Source: Horticoccus luteus (GTDB lineage Bacteria; Verrucomicrobiota; Verrucomicrobiia; Opitutales; Opitutaceae). Taken from it: 32,000 bases of DNA. The translations under genes and the position numbers were made by a program. The stretch is taken from positions 930,001 through 962,000 of the forward strand of contig NZ_CP080507.1 in NCBI RefSeq assembly GCF_019464535.1, written 5' to 3'. Under the pieces are notes generated by a model. That model was not told the origin of the DNA, did not search any database, and saw only the letters and a list, made by a program, of their open reading frames with translations. Positions 30,343 to 32,000 of this stretch are shown here, piece after piece (within the stretch, counting starts at the first letter, position 1; each line of letters begins with the position of its first letter).

Positions 30343-30436
30343 ACTCCTTCGATCTTGGATGTGGATATGGAATGACGCGCTCGCGCCGATGAATTCCGCA
30401 GCCTGAAGATCTGAATATCAAAATCTAAAGCCGAAA

Positions 30437-30742
30437 ATGCCCAAGACATCCGCCATCGAACGCAATAAAAAGCGCGTCCGACTCTCCGAAAAGTTCAAAG
30501 CCAAGCGCGCCGAGTTGAAAGCGCTGCTTGTGAATCCGAAAGCCACCGACGAGGAATTTTTTGCCGCGCAAAAGAGCCTCCAGAAGTTGCCGCGCAACTC
30601 GTCCAAGACGCGCATTCGGAATCGTTGCTCTCTCAGCGGTCGCCCCCGCGGCTATATCGGTCACTTTGGCGTTTCCCGTATCACGTTTCGCGAACTGGCC
30701 CTGGCGGGCAAGATTCCCGGCGTCATCAAATCCTCCTGGTAA
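30437..30742 (+). CDS. rpsN: 30S ribosomal protein S14 (long 101-aa form without CxxC zinc motif)
   Basis: [20 protein letters not shown]...[43 protein letters not shown]. Confidence 0.97.
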   Translation: MPKTSAIERNKKRVRLSEKFKAKRAELKALLVNPKATDEEFFAAQKSLQKLPRNSSKTRIRNRCSLSGRPRGYIGHFGVSRITFRELALAGKIPGVIKSSW

Positions 30743-30802
30743 ACACTTTGGCTCACGGGGGTCGGATATGACCCGCGCGCCGTAATTTAGAAAACATCCA
30801 TC

Positions 30803-31195
30803 ATGACTGACCCGATTAGTGATTTCCTTACGCGCCTGCGTAATGCCAGCAAAGCCCGTCTCGACGAGTGCGTTTCGCCGCACTCCGTGATGAAGGAGTC
30901 GATTGCTGCCATCCTCAAGAACGAGGGCTACGTAACCGACCTTTCGACGGGCACCGATGCCCAAGGGCACAAGACACTCATCGTGAAGATGAAGTATTCG
31001 AACGGGGCCCCGGTTTTGACTGCGTTGAATCGCGTGTCGACGCCCGGCCGCCGTCTCTACTATCGGTATACGGAAATTCCGCGCGTCTTGAATGGCTTGG
31101 GTATCAGCATCCTTTCGACATCGAAAGGCCTGCTGAAGGACGCTGACTGCCGCCGCGAAAAAGCGGGTGGCGAGCTGATTTGCAACGTTTGGTAA
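30803..31195 (+). CDS. rpsH: 30S ribosomal protein S8
   Basis: 130 aa, MTDPISDFLTRLRNASKARLDEC...GISILSTSKGLL.D..CRREKAGGELICNVW. Confidence 0.98.
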   Translation: MTDPISDFLTRLRNASKARLDECVSPHSVMKESIAAILKNEGYVTDLSTGTDAQGHKTLIVKMKYSNGAPVLTALNRVSTPGRRLYYRYTEIPRVLNGLGISILSTSKGLLKDADCRREKAGGELICNVW

Positions 31196-31208
31196 GGAGC
31201 GCACTTCC

Positions 31209-31754
31209 ATGAGCCGCATTGGCAAACAACCCGTTTTAATTCCCGCCAAGGTCAAGGTCGCCGTCAAGGATGGCACCGTGAATGTGGAGGGCCCCAAAGG
31301 CAAAGTGTCGAAGCTGTTCGCCGATGCCGTGAAAGTCACCGTCGCTGACGGCAAGGTTACCTTCGCCCCGACTGAGGACACACGTTTTTCGAAAGCGATG
31401 TATGGCACCGCGCGTTCGATCGTCGCCGGCATGGTCAAAGGTGTGAGCGAAGGCTTCGCCAAGGACCTCGAAATTCAAGGCGTCGGTTTCAAGGCTGTCC
31501 TCAAGGGCAAAGAGCTCGACCTTTCGCTTGGCTATTCGCATCCGGTGATCATGGAAATCCCCGAAGGGATCAAAATCACCATCGCGGACGGCACTCGCGT
31601 CCGTGTCGAGGGCTGCGATAAGCAGCTCGTTGGCGCGGTGACCGCCGAGATCCGCAGTTATTACCCGCCGGAGCCTTACAAGGGCAAGGGCGTGCGCATT
31701 GTGGGCGAGCATGCTGAACGCGTTCGCCGCAAGGAAGGCAAGACCGTCGCTTAA
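31209..31754 (+). CDS. rplF: 50S ribosomal protein L6
   Basis: 181 aa, MSRIGKQPVLIPAKVKVAVKDGTVNVEGPKGK...YYPPEPYKGKGVRIVGE. Confidence 0.98.
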   Translation: MSRIGKQPVLIPAKVKVAVKDGTVNVEGPKGKVSKLFADAVKVTVADGKVTFAPTEDTRFSKAMYGTARSIVAGMVKGVSEGFAKDLEIQGVGFKAVLKGKELDLSLGYSHPVIMEIPEGIKITIADGTRVRVEGCDKQLVGAVTAEIRSYYPPEPYKGKGVRIVGEHAERVRRKEGKTVA

Positions 31755-31781
31755 GGCGCTCTATCAATAAAGGCCGATACC

Positions 31782-32000
31782 ATGAATACTGTTCGTAAAG
31801 CCGATCTCCTTCAAAAACGTCGCTGGCGCATCCGCAAAAAAGTCGGTGGCACCGCCGCGCGTCCCCGCCTCAGCGTGCGTTTCACCTCGAAACACGTCTA
31901 CGCCCAAGCGATCAACGACGATGCCGGCACGACGCTGGTGTTTCTCTCGAGTCTCGATGCCGAACTGCGGCAGAAGAAGCTCCAAGCCAACCTCGCCAGC
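31782..32000 (+). CDS. rplR: 50S ribosomal protein L18, N-terminal 73 codons (truncated by the window edge)
   Basis: Not in the ORF track because no stop lies in the window. Hand translation from the ATG at 31782 gives MNTVRKADLLQKRRWRIRKKVGGTAARPRLSVRFTSKHVYAQAINDDAGTTLVFLSSLD..., a typical L18 N-terminus in the canonical position after rplF. Confidence 0.93.
   Translation, partial: MNTVRKADLLQKRRWRIRKKVGGTAARPRLSVRFTSKHVYAQAINDDAGTTLVFLSSLDAELRQKKLQANLAS

Noticed and set aside
30359-30406. 15-codon ORF MWIWNDALAPMNSAA in the rplE-rpsN spacer (possible leader peptide)
   Set aside because: Too short to support, no SD or CCATG context, and no associated alternative-hairpin architecture that I could see.
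10385-31462. Series of long minus-strand ORFs across ribosomal protein genes (10385-11380, 21019-22026, 24498-25307, 26229-26951, 27132-28172, 30425-31462 and smaller ones)
   Set aside because: They are antisense to highly conserved r-protein, EF-G or L1/L10 genes. I checked that 10385-11380, 21019-22026, 26229-26951 and 27132-28172 are codon-aligned with the sense genes, which is the shadow-ORF effect of avoiding TTA/CTA/TCA. None shows a motif.

Overview
GC-rich bacterial chromosomal segment, almost entirely core housekeeping genes. From 7268 to the right edge, about 24.7 kb runs uninterrupted on the + strand: tRNA-Thr(GGU), tuf, tRNA-Trp(CCA), secE, nusG, rplK-rplA-rplJ-rplL, rpoB, rpoC, rpsL-rpsG-fusA, then the S10 and spc ribosomal-protein clusters from rpsJ to a truncated rplR. 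This order (tRNA-Thr-tuf-tRNA-Trp-secE, and fusA directly followed by rpsJ with no second tuf) resembles PVC-group bacteria (Verrucomicrobiota, Chlamydiota). That is only a guess and I cannot verify it without a search. The left 7.2 kb is the only less-conserved part. It holds a minus-strand lemA / small membrane ORF / M48 HExxH peptidase operon; the peptidase runs off the left edge and is therefore missing from the ORF track. It also holds a + strand cluster of a secreted 860-aa TPR protein, an ExbB/TolQ-like protein, an ExbD/TolR-like protein and an uncharacterised membrane-anchored protein, the last three linked by ATGA overlaps. I saw no rRNA, CRISPR array, transposase, integrase or recognisable defence genes. 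I find no convincing evidence for a new multi-gene system. The observations most worth a second look are: (1) a strong CCATG / pyrimidine-rich start-codon context replacing Shine-Dalgarno at most genes; (2) the ExbB-ExbD cluster with a non-canonical third partner; (3) a 482-nt structured non-coding gap between the rpoC terminator and rpsL; (4) unusually long structured spacers inside the otherwise tightly packed ribosomal-protein clusters. Many long ORFs in the track are codon-aligned antisense shadow ORFs and are rejected.
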